DNA of 64,000 nt, taken from assembly GCA_038087875.1 (NCBI GenBank), contig CM075989.1, positions 5,890,001 to 5,954,000 of the forward strand, given 5' to 3'. Made by a program: the position numbers and the translations under genes. This DNA is from Malacoraja senta. Lineage: Eukaryota. The notes below the pieces were generated by a model that saw only the letters and a list, made by a program, of their open reading frames with translations, ran no database searches and had not been told where the DNA came from. The number at the start of each line of letters is the position of its first letter. Positions within the stretch are counted from its first letter, which is position 1. Below, one piece after another: positions 25,936 to 38,219 of this stretch.

Positions 25936-26589
25936 AAGTCACTGCGTTCATCACTTTAACTGTTCCTTTCACCCTTCGCCTTCACCACTACACAATTGGA
26001 GCCATGCTGCCCATTTAATTATTGTTCTAATTGAGAGTAAATCCTAGCTTCCCACTCTGGGACTTGTTAACAGCCACTCACTGTGCTTGTGTTAAAGAAG
26101 GAGCAATTGTGGAACTGCAGCTTTCACTGACTGCGATTAGAATAAAAGAACAATGAAGTTGCTGTAACTGCCCTCATTTTTGAGGCCTTCTCATGTTTAA
26201 AAACCAATAGATGTTGCCCCTAGGCCACTTGGAAGACATTTGCTTTTGAAAAAATAAGCAACGTATACATATGACCAATTTGAGAGGAAAATCCGCTGCT
26301 ATTCCATCAAAGTGACAGCCCTATCCATTTTCATCTTACAATGGATCTAATTTCTTGCTGCCGAGGCTTATAGGGCAGAATGGTGAGAAATTTGTGAGCT
26401 ATTGTGTAAGTAATTCAGTACAAGAAGGTGGGAAGAAAGAAATGGTAAAGTGACTGTATTAGGCTGCAGTAAATCCGATATAATCCTCCTAAATCTGATC
26501 TGGGGGCATGGCTTTGTGTCCATACATGCTCTAAAGACAGGGATTACCTATGTACAGCAGCCTGCCAGTGTGCAATTTTATTTAGACAC

Positions 26590-27183
26590 TGCAGCCTCAC
26601 AGTGCCAGAGACCCTGGTTCGATCCTAACCTTGGGTGCTCTCTGTGTGGAGTTTGCATGTTCTCCCTATGATGACGTGGGTTTTCCCTGGGTACTCAGGT
26701 TTCCCCCCACATCTCAAAGACGTGCGGGTTTGTGGGTTAATTGGCCTTGGTTTAGTTTATTGTCACGTGTACCGAGGTACAGTGAAAAGCTTTTGTTGCG
26801 TGCTATCCAGTCAGCGGAAAGACAACACATGATTACAATCGAGCCATTACAGTGTACAGATACATGATGAAGGGAATAACGTTTAGTGCAAGGTTAAACC
26901 AGCAAAGTCCAGTCAAGGATAGTCCGAGGATCACCAATGAGGTAGATAGTATTTCAGCACTGCTCCCTGGTTGTGGTTGGATGAGTCACTTGCCTGATAA
27001 CAGCTGGGAAGAAATTGTGAATATTTGTAAATTTCTGTGAATTACCCCTGGTGTGTAGGGAGTGGATGCGAGCGTGGAATAACATGGAACTATTGTGGAC
27101 GGGTGATTGATGGGTCAGCATGGGCTCATTGGGCTGAAGGGCCTACTTACATACTCTATGTCTAAACTAAACCAAACTAAACT
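26590..27183 (+). mobile_element. V-SINE with a reverse Rex1-type tail inserted at about 26748-27015
   Basis: SINE head, reverse LINE tail, then SINE tail resumes. Confidence 0.8.
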
Positions 27184-27421
27184 ATAAAAGTGCAGTGAAC
27201 AAACGTACGGCATTGTGCGGGGCATTGCAAATTACCTGGAGGGGAAAATGGAACAACATTCCGCTCTTGAAGTAACTCATAAATAGGTGCATATGTTTAT
27301 TTGCATGGAACCATGACAATCTTGGCAGAACGAAGTGTTCAGGAACGGTCCTCTCGGTTTTAGAAGTAACAGGGTTCTTTCAGTTAATGAGCGTACTAAA
27401 ACTCCCAATTATTTGTTTAAG

Positions 27422-27486
27422 GTGAAGTTTCAGGCCTTTATTGAACTTTTCGCAAAGATACAGCTGCTGTTTCAGGCTAATAGCAG
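27422..27486 (+). CDS. Candidate coding exon (VKFQAFIELFAKIQLLFQANS)
   Basis: ttatttgtttaag|GTG acceptor, CAG|gtgatt donor, amphipathic helix-like peptide; no recognised homology. Confidence 0.25.
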
Positions 27487-27701
27487 GTGATTAACAGTGA
27501 AGGGTGGAAAACAGTCTTTGGACACCTGCATAAGTGGAGGTCCATTGACGTTAACCTTCCATTAACCTAGCCATTGTAAAGAATGGAGCCTGGCAAGTGC
27601 CAGCCCTTTGATACCAATGGCTTGAGACAAATTTCAATCCTGAATGTGCACCTAATCTATTATTTTATTAATTAACATCAGCTCAGCTTTCAACATCAGG
27701 G

Positions 27702-28018
27702 ATGGCAAGGTGGTGTAGCAGTGGAATTGCTGCCTTGCTGTGCCAGAGACCCGGGTTCAATCCTGACTATGAGTGCTGTCTGTACGGAGATTGTACGTTC
27801 CCCCCCGTGACCGCGTGGCTTTCCTTCGGGTGCTCTGGTTTCCTCTCACACTCCAAAGCCATACACATTTGAAGGCTGATTTGGTTTGGTAAAAATTGTA
27901 AATTGGCCCTAGTGTGTAGGATGTAGGCTAGTATACAGGGGTGACCATTGGTCGGCGTAGACTCGGTGGGCCGAAGGGCCTGTTTCCATGCTGTATCTCT
28001 AAAGTGAAAAGTCTAAAT
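27702..28018 (+). mobile_element. V-SINE
   Basis: Full copy. Confidence 0.9.
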
Positions 28019-28074
28019 CAGAAAGGAGTGCAGGAAAGAGGTGTCATGGTGTCAGACTAGCAACTTAGACCTTA

Positions 28075-29380
28075 ACATTGACAAGAGTGTTGACCTAACT
28101 AAGTAATGAGGCGACAAGGGAGGGATAGGATGAACACAACCCTGTCTTCATCAACAGAGTTGCTGTAGAGATGGTCAACAGCTTCTACCATCTCAGGGGC
28201 ATCCATATCCCCAGCAACCTAACCTGGTCACCTCACACCGATACAATGATCTAGAAAGCACAACAGCGCATTTACTTTCTGAGAAGATTCGGCATGTCTA
28301 CCAGGATTCTCCCAAACCTCTACAGACACACTATACAAAAATATTCTGGTGGGATGAATCTCAGCTTGGTATGAGATAGTGATGAACACATCCTGGTCCA
28401 TCTTCACACAGTTGCATTACATCAGGAAGACTGGAAGTATTGATAAGGATAGACACAAAGTGCTGGTGTAATCCACTAGTGGGAGAGTCTAGGACTGGAG
28501 GTCATAACCTCAGAATTAAAGGACGTTCTTTTCGGAAGGAGATGAGGAGGAATTTCTTTAGTCAGAGTGTAGTGAATCTGTGGAATTCACTGCCACAGAA
28601 GGCTGTGGTGACAAAGTCAGTGGATATATTTAAGGCAGAGATAGATAGATTCTTGATTAGTACAGGTGTCAGAGGTTATGGGAAGAAGGCAGGAGAATGG
28701 GGTTAGGAGGGAGAAATAGATGAGCCGTGATTGAATGGCAGAGTAGACTTGATGGGCCAAATGGCGTATCACATGAACATAAACTAATGTAATCAGTGGA
28801 TCAGGTAGCATCTCTGGAGAAAAAGGATGGATGACCTCTCAAGTAAGGCTGAAGAAAGGTCCCAACACAAAACGTTACCCATCCGTTTTCTCCAGAGATG
28901 CTGCCTGACCAGTTGAATTACTCCAGCACTTTGTGTCTATCTTTGGTATAAACCAGCATCTGAAGTTCCTTGTTTCTAGTATTGCTAAGGACACATCTAA
29001 CCTGGCCATTTATTTTATCTCTTCAACCTTTTGGGAGAAGATATAGGAGCTTGAACGTTCATGTCCAGACTTAAGAACAGTTTCTGCCCTAGTGTTACCA
29101 GACTCCTGGGCCAATCCCTCTTTCACATCCACTTCCCAGAGATGCTGCCATCCATGTTTACCCTTAACACTACCTCATTCAGTTATCCCACTCTTGTACT
29201 TCAGTATCTGTCTACACAAGTTCAGATCACACCACAAGCTTGCACAACTTCATGTTTTCAACTCTTCACTGTATTGATTGTGGTGTTTATCATTACTGCA
29301 TGAATATTGTTTACCCTGTGAGCTTCAGGTGAATAATATTCATTTCACCCTGTTGTATATGACAATAAATAACAATAATG
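28075..29380 (+). mobile_element. Old Rex1/Babar LINE fragment with nested Penelope fold-back (about 28443-28978) and CR1 tail (28473-28770)
   Basis: KAQQRIYFLRR and SRLKNSFCP motifs flank the nested inserts; CR1 insert encodes GESRTGGHNLRIKG...VVNLWNSLPQK. Confidence 0.8.
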
Positions 29381-30002
29381 GACAATCTGACTAATCTGAT
29401 GAGTTTAGGAAATTAGAGCCTTCTTCAAACTTCAGTGGACCTACTACTGTCTTAAAATAAATTTAAATGTTACTGACAAAATATTGGGCCTGTACCAGCT
29501 CTCCATCTAGTTAATCATTTCTTGAACGTTTAGGTATCAACACCTGCTTTAACCCAGCCTCCCATGGAAATAAAATCTCTGGCATTACAGCACGGAAATG
29601 TCCAGATTCAAGAAGGAAGTGTAGCTAAACGATTACAGGGAATGCCCCTTAGTACAATTCCCATCAGTCAAACTGTGCCACAGTGCATGGAGCAAATTCC
29701 ACTGCGCTGTGTCCATGCGCTGTGCTGTTGCCTTTTTCTGCATGTGCCAACCATGCATGAATGTGCACCACCTCCTGTTTAATGGGAGCCGTGCAAAGGG
29801 AAATGCGTCATCCCTCAACAAAATGTTGTCGCATGTAAAAGCTCTTCAGCAAGGCATCTGCTTGTGGTCTTTGTGTCTGCAAATAACAAGTAAGAACTTG
29901 TGACTGTGAGCCCGACTTTGAATGTAGGCGAGAAGGTTGGTGTGCCTCCCTGATGGCTTTCTCTGCCCCTCGTGGCAGCAGCACGGCCTACTTGCCACGA
30001 TA

Positions 30003-30270
30003 GCCTTCTTCCCCAGAGATGCTGCCTGACCCGCTGAGTCTCCGAGCCTCCAGCATTTTGTGTCTATCCACCTGCCACGATATCAAGACGACAGTGAATA
30101 ATCCAAACATCATTCCTTTTGAGAGACACAAAATGCTGGAGTAACTCAGAGGGTCAGGCAGCATCTCTGGAGAAAAGGAATAGGTGACATTTTGAGTCAG
30201 AACCCTTCTTCAGAGTCTGAAGTGTCTATCTTCAGTTTCGACCAGCATCTGCAATTCCTTCCTGCACATG
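30003..30270. mobile_element. Penelope-derived tail fragments and fold-back element
   Basis: Tail modules in both orientations. Confidence 0.7.
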
Positions 30271-30467
30271 GTCCCTTCAGCTCTGTTGTTCCTCATGTTG
30301 ATGTTTAAATTCTTTATTGGACTCATCCCTGCAAAGGCAAAGCTCATTCTGACAATTTATTTCATTTGATGTTCGAGAGGCAACCCTGTTACACCTTTCA
30401 GCACATTGATAGTAAATATTTTAACATATTTAAGTTACAAATTATATATGAGCCTCATTTTCACCTG

Positions 30468-30677
30468 CAAGGTAGATAAAAATGCTGGAGAAACTCAGCG
30501 GGTGAGGCAGCATCTATGGAGCGAAGGGATAGGTAATGTTTCGGGTCTTCAGACCCCTTCGTCTCGACCCGAAACGTCACCTATTCCTTCACTCCATAGA
30601 TGCTGCTTCACCCGCTGAGTTTCTCCGGCATTTTTATCTACCTTTGATTTTTCCAGCATCTGCAGTTCCTTCTTAAT
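30468..30677. mobile_element. Penelope-derived fold-back element
   Basis: Inverted arms; catttt(c/g)acctg flanking duplication. Confidence 0.8.
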
Positions 30678-31244
30678 CATTTTGACCTGGAGTCAGTCGG
30701 TCAGTATATGGCTCTGCACTGCATGGACTGGCATGGGCTGGCATGCAATTTTATTCCATGGCATGGCATTGCATGGTTAAAAAGGCTGTAAGGGCTGTTT
30801 GACCATTAAGCAGGAACCTGGAGAATATTTGTGTTAATGTAACATGGAACAATGCCAAACTCTTTGGCATGGACCATCAACAAGCTAATACAAGCTGCCT
30901 TCAGACACCTGGCCACCGTTTACTGTGCAATGAGGCATTGCTTCTTGTTTAATCGTGGAAGTTGAATTAAGGACGAAAGCCCACAGTGCAGAACCTTCTT
31001 CTTTAATTTACTGGTGGGATTTGGAGCCGCTGGCTAGATCGGCCTTTAACACCCTTGAGGTGGCGATGGTGAGCAATCTTCTATAGTCACAGCATCCCAT
31101 GTACAGCGCCAGAAACCCCGGTTCGATCCTGACTACGGACGCCGTCTGTACAGAATTTGTAAGTTCTCCCTGTGACCGTGTGGGTTTTCTCCGAGTGCTC
31201 TGGGTTCCTCCCACAATCCAAAGACGAACAGGTTTGTAGGGTAA

Positions 31245-32067
31245 GGACTCCATCCCCCACTCCCAATTCCTCCGTCTACGCCGCATCTGCTCCCAGGATG
31301 AGGCGTTCCACACCAGGGCATCTGAAATGTCCTCATTCTTCAGGGAACGGGGGTTCCCCTCCTCCACCATAGATGAGGCTCGCACCAGGGTCTCTGCCAT
31401 ACCCCGCAACACTGCTCTCTCTCCCCATCCCCCTACTCACAACAAAGGCAGAGTCCCCCTAGTCCTCACCTTTCACCCCACCAGCCGTCACATACAACAA
31501 GTGATCCTCCGTCAGTTCCGCCACCTCCAACGTGACCCCACCACTCGCCACATCTTCCCATCTCCCCCTATGTCTGCCTTCCGCAAAGACCGCTCCCTCC
31601 GTAACTCCCTTGTCAATTCTTCCCTTCCCTCCCATACCACCCCCTCCCCTGGTACTTTCCCTTGCAACCGCAAGAGATGCAACACTTGTCCCTTCACTTC
31701 CCCCCTCCACTCCATTCCAGGACCCAAGCAGTCGTTCCAGGTGCGACAGAGGTTCACCTGCATCTCTTCCAACCTCATCTATTGCATTCGCTGCTCTAGA
31801 TGCCAGCTGATCTACATCGGTGAGACCAAGCGGAGGCTTGGCGATCGTTTCGCCGAACACCTCCGGTCGGTCCGCAATAACCAACCTGAACTCCCGGTGG
31901 CTCAGCACTTCAACTCCCCCTCCCATTCCGTATCTGACCTCTCTGTCCTGGGTCTCCTCCATGGCCACAGCGAGCAACACCGTAAATTGGAGGAAATGCA
32001 CCTCATATTCCGCTTGGGCAGTCTACATCCTGGTGGCCTGAACGTTGAATTCTCCCAATTCTGCTAG
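31245..32067 (+). CDS. Penelope RT C-terminus, Cys linker and GIY-YIG endonuclease (partial, uninterrupted)
   Basis: SQFLRLRRICS...CNRKRCNTC...NLIYCIRCSRCQLIYIGETKRRLGDRFAEH...GLN. Confidence 0.92.
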
Positions 32068-32183
32068 CCCTTGCTGTCCCCTCCCCTTCATCAGCCATCT
32101 GGTTGTCTCCGCCCCTCCCCCAGCCCTCGGGCTCCTCCTCCTCCTTTTCCTTTTTTCCTTTCTTCTCCCCACCCCCTATCAGT

Positions 32184-32212
32184 CTGAAGAAGGGTTTCGG
32201 CCCGAAACGTTA
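32184..32212 (+). ncRNA. Minimal hammerhead-ribozyme-like core in the Penelope pLTR
   Basis: CTGAAGA-A-GGGT(TTCG)GCCC-GAAAC-GTTA. Confidence 0.6.
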
Positions 32213-32459
32213 CCTATTTCCTTCGCTCCATAGATGCTGCTGCACCCGCTGAGTTTCTCCAACATTTTTGTGTACCTTCGATTTTCCAGCATCTGCAGTT
32301 CCTTCTTTAACAGGTTTGTAGGGTAATTTGGCTTCAGTAAACTGTAAATTGTCCCAAGTGTGTAGGATAGTGCCAGTGTACGGGGTGATCGCTGGTCAGC
32401 ATGGACTCGGTGGGCCGAAGGGCCTGTTTCCACGCTGTATCTGTAAACTAATCTATGTA

Positions 32460-32715
32460 CTGAGATGAAGAAAAACTTTTCCACCCAGAGAGCTGTGAAT
32501 CTGTTGAATTCTCTGCAGCGGAGGCCAATTCACTGGATGTTTTCAAGAGAGAGTTAGATAGCTCTGAGGGCTAATGGAATCAAGGGATATGGGAAGAAAG
32601 GAGGAACGGGACACTGATTTAGGATGATCAGCCATGATCATATTGAATGGCGGTGCTGGCTCAAAGGGCCGAATGGCCTACTCCTGCGCCTATTTTCAAT
32701 GTTTCTATGTTTCTA
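32460..32715 (+). mobile_element. CR1-type 3' end with (atgtttct)n tail
   Basis: Encodes EMKKNFSTQRAVNLLNSL, followed by UTR. Confidence 0.85.
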
Positions 32716-32859
32716 CGTCTTACACAAAGACGGCTCAATGGCACAACTTTCAGAAGCACTGCCTCACAGCTTCAGTGACCAGGTTTCAACTCTGACCTCT
32801 GATGCTGTCTGTGTGGAGTTTGCATGTTCTCACTGTGACTTTTGTGGAATCTTATTTTT

Positions 32860-33270
32860 GGCACAGAGATAAAGCATTTATAGCAATTTATTACTAATCC
32901 CTAATTTCCCTTCAAAAGATGGCAGAGAGCCAGCTCCTTGGACCACTATAATTCCACCTGGTAAAGGTGCTCTTGCAGTACCTTTTGGGAAGGAGTTGCC
33001 AGATGTAGAATCCAGATGTGACGGAGGAGTGGTGATACATTTCTGTCGGGATGGTGCGTGGGTTGGGGGCAGGGATATGGTGGGAGAACCAGGGATGGCT
33101 ATGTTCCCATATGCCTGTCGCACTTGATGGAAGAGACTGCAGATTTAAGAGGTGCGGTGGAAGGTGAGTTACTGCAGAGCACCATGTACAATACATTTTT
33201 AATTCGCTGTTCATCAGTAGTGGAAGGAAAGTAGCAGACAGGCCAGTCGAATGGGTTGCTTTGTATATTG
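32860..33270 (-). mobile_element. Old LINE (CR1/L2-like) 3' fragment
   Basis: Degenerate ...SWNSLP/catgggaacaccatcacc-like motifs on the minus strand. Confidence 0.45.
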
Positions 33271-33615
33271 ATTTCTCCCATTCAAGTCACCCTTGCACTC
33301 CCTCTCTCTCTCCATCCCTCTCCCTCCCTCGGCATCCTGCTAGTGTCACTGTTCATATCCCGCTGTTATCACCTCTTCCACAGCCAACAATGGACCATTG
33401 TTGGTTCCACCTTTCCCGAGTCATTGGTGCTATCTCTGATTTGTTCTGCACCTTATCATACCTCTAGTTGCCCTCTCCTCGGACTGAAGAAGGGTCTGGA
33501 CACGAAACATTGCCTATTCCTTCGCTCCAGAGATGCTGCCTGACCCGTTGAGTTTCTCCAGCATTTTGTGTCTATCTTCGGTGTAAACCAGCATCTGCAG
33601 TTCCTTCCCACACAT
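33270..33615 (+). mobile_element. Penelope-like 3' UTR/pLTR fragment
   Basis: ctgaagaagggtctggacacgaaacattgcc core and tail. Confidence 0.75.
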
Positions 33616-33962
33616 TTTGCCCTGGACGTTGTTGAGCTCCTTGAGTGCTCGTGGAATCTGGGCCAGTGCAGGTACCAGGTGAAAAGAACTTAGACCAGAG
33701 ACAACTTGTTGCTATTAGCTTTAATGCAGAGGATATTCCCAGCAACCTAACCTGATCACTTTACACAGCTGCAGTGATCAAGAAAGTGCTTTTTCTTTCA
33801 AGTCAAGCTGTGTATCTGAAGCTTCAAAGGGATGAGCAATGACCTTTGGAAAAACAATCAATTAAAACATGGAGAGAACTTGGGCAGAGTAAGTTAGACA
33901 CAAAGATAGTGGCATTTTGTGTTCAAAATGCATTTTTTTCATGTCTGTGATTCAAATCCAAG

Positions 33963-34117
33963 ACCTGCTCAAAACACCAGTCAGGACATGAACATTGAGT
34001 TGAAGGTCGATGAGGGAAATGCCAAGTTGGCACAAAAGATGGATGAAGAAATGTTTGGCAAGGAAGAAATCCAAAGTGACAGTGAGCACAAGAACATTGG
34101 AAGGCAAATGTGCAAAG
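33963..34117 (+). CDS. Candidate coding exon, possibly joined to ATG exon 33869-33888
   Basis: Acidic open frame PAQNTSQDMNIELKVDEGNAKLAQKMDEEMFGKEEIQSDSEHK; AAG|gtaaaa donor. Confidence 0.3.
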
Positions 34118-34269
34118 GTAAAAGGGAAGACTGGGTTGTGTCCACAATTCTCTGCAATTCCTTGCGGTCTTGGATGGAGCCGTACCCGAACCAAGCTGTG
34201 ACGCATCCCAATAAAATCCTTTCTACGGCGCATTCACACTAGTTCTATGTAATCCCTCGGGGGGGGGAT

Positions 34270-34460
34270 GAGCAATTTACAGAGGCCAATTAACCTACAA
34301 ACCCACATGCCCATTGGATGTGGCAGGAAACCAGAGCACCCAGCGGAAACCCGGAGTGTTTCAGGGAGAATGTGCAAACTCTACACGGACAGCACCCAAA
34401 GTCAGAATCGATCCTCGGTCTCTTGCTCTGTGAGACCGTGGCTCTACCAGCTGCACCATA
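34270..34460 (-). mobile_element. V-SINE, diverged
   Basis: Reverse V-domain and head. Confidence 0.8.
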
Positions 34461-35403
34461 ACATCCCTCTGCCTATAACATCCCCTACCATAACATACCA
34501 TAGCTGCACCATAACATCCCCTACTCCCGCTGCCTGGAACAACCTAGAGTTTGTTATTGTATTTAAATCTATTGTATTGTATTTGTATTTGGAGTTTAAT
34601 GGCAATTTTTATTGTTCTGTAAGATCCTACTCAGAGCCACTCAAGAGCAACCATTTTATCAGTAATTATACTGAGGGTGGTAAGAAGTTACACAAGTATT
34701 TATTTCATTTTTTGTATTTTCTTCATTTTGCTTTCATCGGAAGCTGTTATTCCTCTGTTCTGGTGGCTGACCATGTAATCTTATCTAGAAACTCTTGCAA
34801 TATTTATGCCACAGCGTCACACTAAGGAACTCTCTCACGGGCACTAGCAAGGAATAAATAAAATTCTTGTAGCTGGGTAATTGTTCCTCTGTGAATTGGC
34901 ATCCACCTCGCCAGATCCACTGCTGCGGACACGTCAAAGGTTGACGGCCCTTTGTGCTCTTTTTTTCAATCTTCTCTCTATAAGGTGACATGGTCTTCAC
35001 CAGTCCTTGAAATCAATTCTGTGGGAAACTGCATTAAGAATTTCTATTGGAGTTGTACCTTTTATAGCAATCCTCTTAGAGCCGTCTGACTAATGACCAC
35101 AGCAGTATACGTGCAGGGTAGGAATTGTTAGCGCTGTGCCAACTACACCAGGTTCGTACTGCGTTGGGCCGCGCCCAGACTTCTCAGCCGTTGGACCCTC
35201 TGCCAAAGGCATGGGATCTATTTTTGATCCATTTTGAATAAATGTCTACAATATGCACAAGGCAAAATTGTGATCCAAGACATTCTTTGGCAAATTGGTA
35301 TAATATTAAAAAAATATTTTTATTCTGCACTGGAGACTAGAAACAGACCTCCTACTCTGCAAGAGACAAGATCTACTTTTTCCGCAAACAAACCTGGATA
35401 TGT

Positions 35404-35936
35404 ACAGCGGGACAGGCAGCATCTCTGGAGAGAAGGAATGGGTGACGTTTTGGGTCGTCAACGTCACGGGAAAGCGAAACGAGAGATATAGGCGATGATG
35501 TAGGGAGATATAGAACAAATGAATGAAAGCTATTCAAAAAAAGTAATAAATTAAAGGCAACAAGCCATTTGTTAGCTGTTTGCCGGGTGAGAACAAAAAG
35601 CTGGTGTGACTTGGGTGGGGGAGGGATGGAGCGGGAGGAAATGCAGGGATTACTTGAAGTTAGAGAAATAAATATTCATACCCCTGGGTTGTAAACTGCC
35701 CAAGCGAAATATAAGATGCTGTTCCTCCAATTTGCGTTTGGCCTTTGTTCTATATCTCTCTAGATCATCGTCAATATATCTCATTTCCCTTTCTCCTGAC
35801 TCTCATTCTGAAGAAGGGTCTCGACCCGAAACGTCACCCATTCCTTCTCTCCAGAGATGCTGCCTGTCGTGCTGAGTTACTCCAGCATTTTGTGTCTATG
35901 TTTGGTTAAACCAGCATCTGCAGTTTCTTCCTACAC
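35404..35936. mobile_element. Penelope inverted pair: reverse 3' end including the GIY-YIG tail, then forward pLTR
   Basis: Minus strand encodes KRKLEEQHLIFRLGSLQPRGMNI; clean core ctgaagaagggtctcgacccgaaacgtc at 35808-35835. Confidence 0.85.
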
Positions 35937-36172
35937 AACCTGGAGATATTCCCTAACGCTACCATGCAACCTAAAGTGGCTCCAGTATCTCATCCAAACT
36001 TCCCTAAAGTCATCAGAGCAGAATTAGACCATTCGGCCCATCGAGTCTACTCCACCATTCAACTATGGTTGATCTATCTTTCCCTCTCTACCCCATTCTC
36101 CTTCCCTCTCCCCATAACCTTGGTGGATGGAAGGATGGTGTGAACAGGTGATCGATGATCACATGGACTCAT

Positions 36173-37144
36173 TAATAATAATAATAATAATCATTTTATT
36201 TACTGGCGCCTTTCTAAAACCCAAGGACACCTTACAATGCATAGAATCACAACAGAACAAAAAACACATAATCGGAATAAATTAAATAAGAAAACACCAC
36301 AGTACACAAATCAAGGACAGAGTTCAATTTCAAAAGCACCAAAAGAAAATAAGAAACACAATTTGAGGAGAGAGCAGCGGCGACCAATTCGCGCCAGCGT
36401 CCACTCTCCCCTCCGACCGCCATCTTGTACACGGACTGACAGGCACAGGCACAGGCACAGCACACAAAATCATCCCCCCACAATGACCACCACTGTGGGG
36501 GAAGGCACAATGTCCAGTCCCCAACCCAGTTCTCCCCAGAGTCAGGCCCAATGAGGCCTCCACAGTTGCCTCTACGGAGGCCCGATGTTCCTGGCCGTCG
36601 GGAGAGTCCTCGGAGCGGCTGGAACGGCCGGTTTCCCAGCGGAGTCGATGGCACCTGAAGCCGACAAGGCCGCGCCGATTTGGAGCCACGAGGCTCCCGA
36701 TGTTGGAGTCGGCGCCGCCGCCCGCAGCTGGTCGCTCCGCAGTCCCGCAGCCCGGAGGTGTTGATGTCGGCGGTCCAGCTCACTGGAGCTCCAGCGCGTC
36801 GATCTAGCGCGGCGACCCAGGCAAGGCATCGCCCGCTCCGCTCCCCGATAGCGTTCCAGCGCTGTGCCGCCACCGAAGCTGAAGGTGCTGGGCGGTCCCC
36901 GCCAGGAAACGGCGCTCCATGCCCGCTGGTAGGCCACGAGGACGGGTCGACGAGGCAGCCTGGAGAAAAAGCTGCCTCACCGACCAGGTAGGGACCTAGA
37001 AATAGTTTCCCCCTTACCCCCCCACATTAAAAGTCAAAAAACCCCAAACAAACAAAGAAATAAAAAAACACTAAAACTAAAGAAACAGTGAATTTGATGG
37101 ACGGCTGCTGTTTAGCAGCCGTTCCTCCAAGATGGCGGCTCCCA
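36173..37144 (-). mobile_element. GC-rich non-autonomous retroelement with L2/Rex-like 3' end and (tta)n tail
   Basis: Minus-strand end tgtaaggtgtccttggg...gaaaggcgcc...aataaaatga(tta)n; interrupts a SINE tail ggactcatt|gggctgaaaggcctg. Confidence 0.65.
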
Positions 37145-37571
37145 CATTGGGCTGAAAGGCCTGATCGAAGCTTTAAACAAAATGTAACCAAACTAGCACA
37201 GTATCTCTCTATCTCTCAGTATCAGTATCGCCCAGTATAAGGAAGTTATAGAATAAACTCAAAACTTGTTGTCAAAGTCTTGAATTGCCCGAATATTGCA
37301 CAGTGTTTAAATATCCAGTGATGTTTTCTCAGGCATATCTACTTCATTGGAGCACAAGAACATCTGGAAAAAAGAAGTAAAGCCCTCACGCCTGTCCCAC
37401 CATTCAATGTCCAATCATTGCCGTCGGAAGAAGGGTCCTGACCTGCAATGTTGCCTGTCCATTCCCTCTACAGATGCTGCCTGACCCATTGAGTTCCTCC
37501 AGCACTTTGTGTTTTGCTTGAGATGCTGCAGTTCCTTGTGCCTCTAGAATTCAACATGATCGTGGCTGATA

Positions 37572-38005
37572 TGAATGAATGAATGAATGAATTAATAAGT
37601 TTATTGGCCAAGTATGTACACATACAAGGAACTTGCCTTGGCGCTCCGTTCGTAAGTAACAACATGACATACAGTAACAATTAAGAATGACACATAAAAC
37701 ATTAAACATTAATGATAAAACATTACAGTTTTAAATATGTGAATGAAATAAAATACCAGAGCAAAAGGAGGCTACAGACTGTTAGTTATTGAGTAGAGCT
37801 ACTACTCGTGGGAAAAAAGCTGTTTTTATGTCTGGCTGTGGCAGCTTTGACAGTCCGGAGTTGCCTTCCAGAGGGAAGTGATTCAAAGAGTTTGTGGCCA
37901 GGGTGAGAGGGGTCAGAGATGATCTTACCCACTCGCTTCCTGGCCCTTGCAATGCACAGTTCATCAATGGGGGGAAGGTTGCAGCCAACAACCTTCTCAG
38001 CTGAA
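37572..38005 (-). mobile_element. Rex1/Babar-type LINE 3' end with (ttca)n tail
   Basis: Minus strand ...DPSHPGHKLFESLPSGRQLR...FFPRVVALLN. Confidence 0.85.
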
Positions 38006-38219
38006 CGTACTGGGTTCGGATGATTGGATATGTCTCAGGGTTCAGCTCCACTTCTGTGCCTGAAGAGTCTGTGATTGGAAGAGTTAACACCATTTCTCCC
38101 ATCCACAGATGTTGCCTGACCTGCTGAGTGATTCTCAACAATTTCTGTTTTTATTTCAGATTTCCAGCATCTGCAATTCTTTTGATCTTCAACCGAAAAC
38201 ACAAAATAGTTAACATTGA

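Larger units (their letters stand above)
31245..32308 (+). mobile_element. Penelope-like (Poseidon-type) retroelement, 5'-truncated
   Basis: 18-bp perfect TSD AACAGGTTTGTAGGGTAA at 31227-31244 and 32309-32326; ORF plus pLTR. Confidence 0.95.
31100..32450 (+). mobile_element. V-SINE split by a Penelope insertion
   Basis: SINE body resumes at 32309. Confidence 0.85.

Noticed and set aside
29564..29903. Two adjacent ORFs ending near a gtaaga donor
   Set aside because: No consistent acceptor/frame combination and no recognisable protein
31459..32001. 180-aa minus-strand ORF
   Set aside because: Antisense shadow of the Penelope ORF
36247..36991. Overlapping 100-208 aa ORFs
   Set aside because: GC-rich repeat with open frames on both strands and no protein motif
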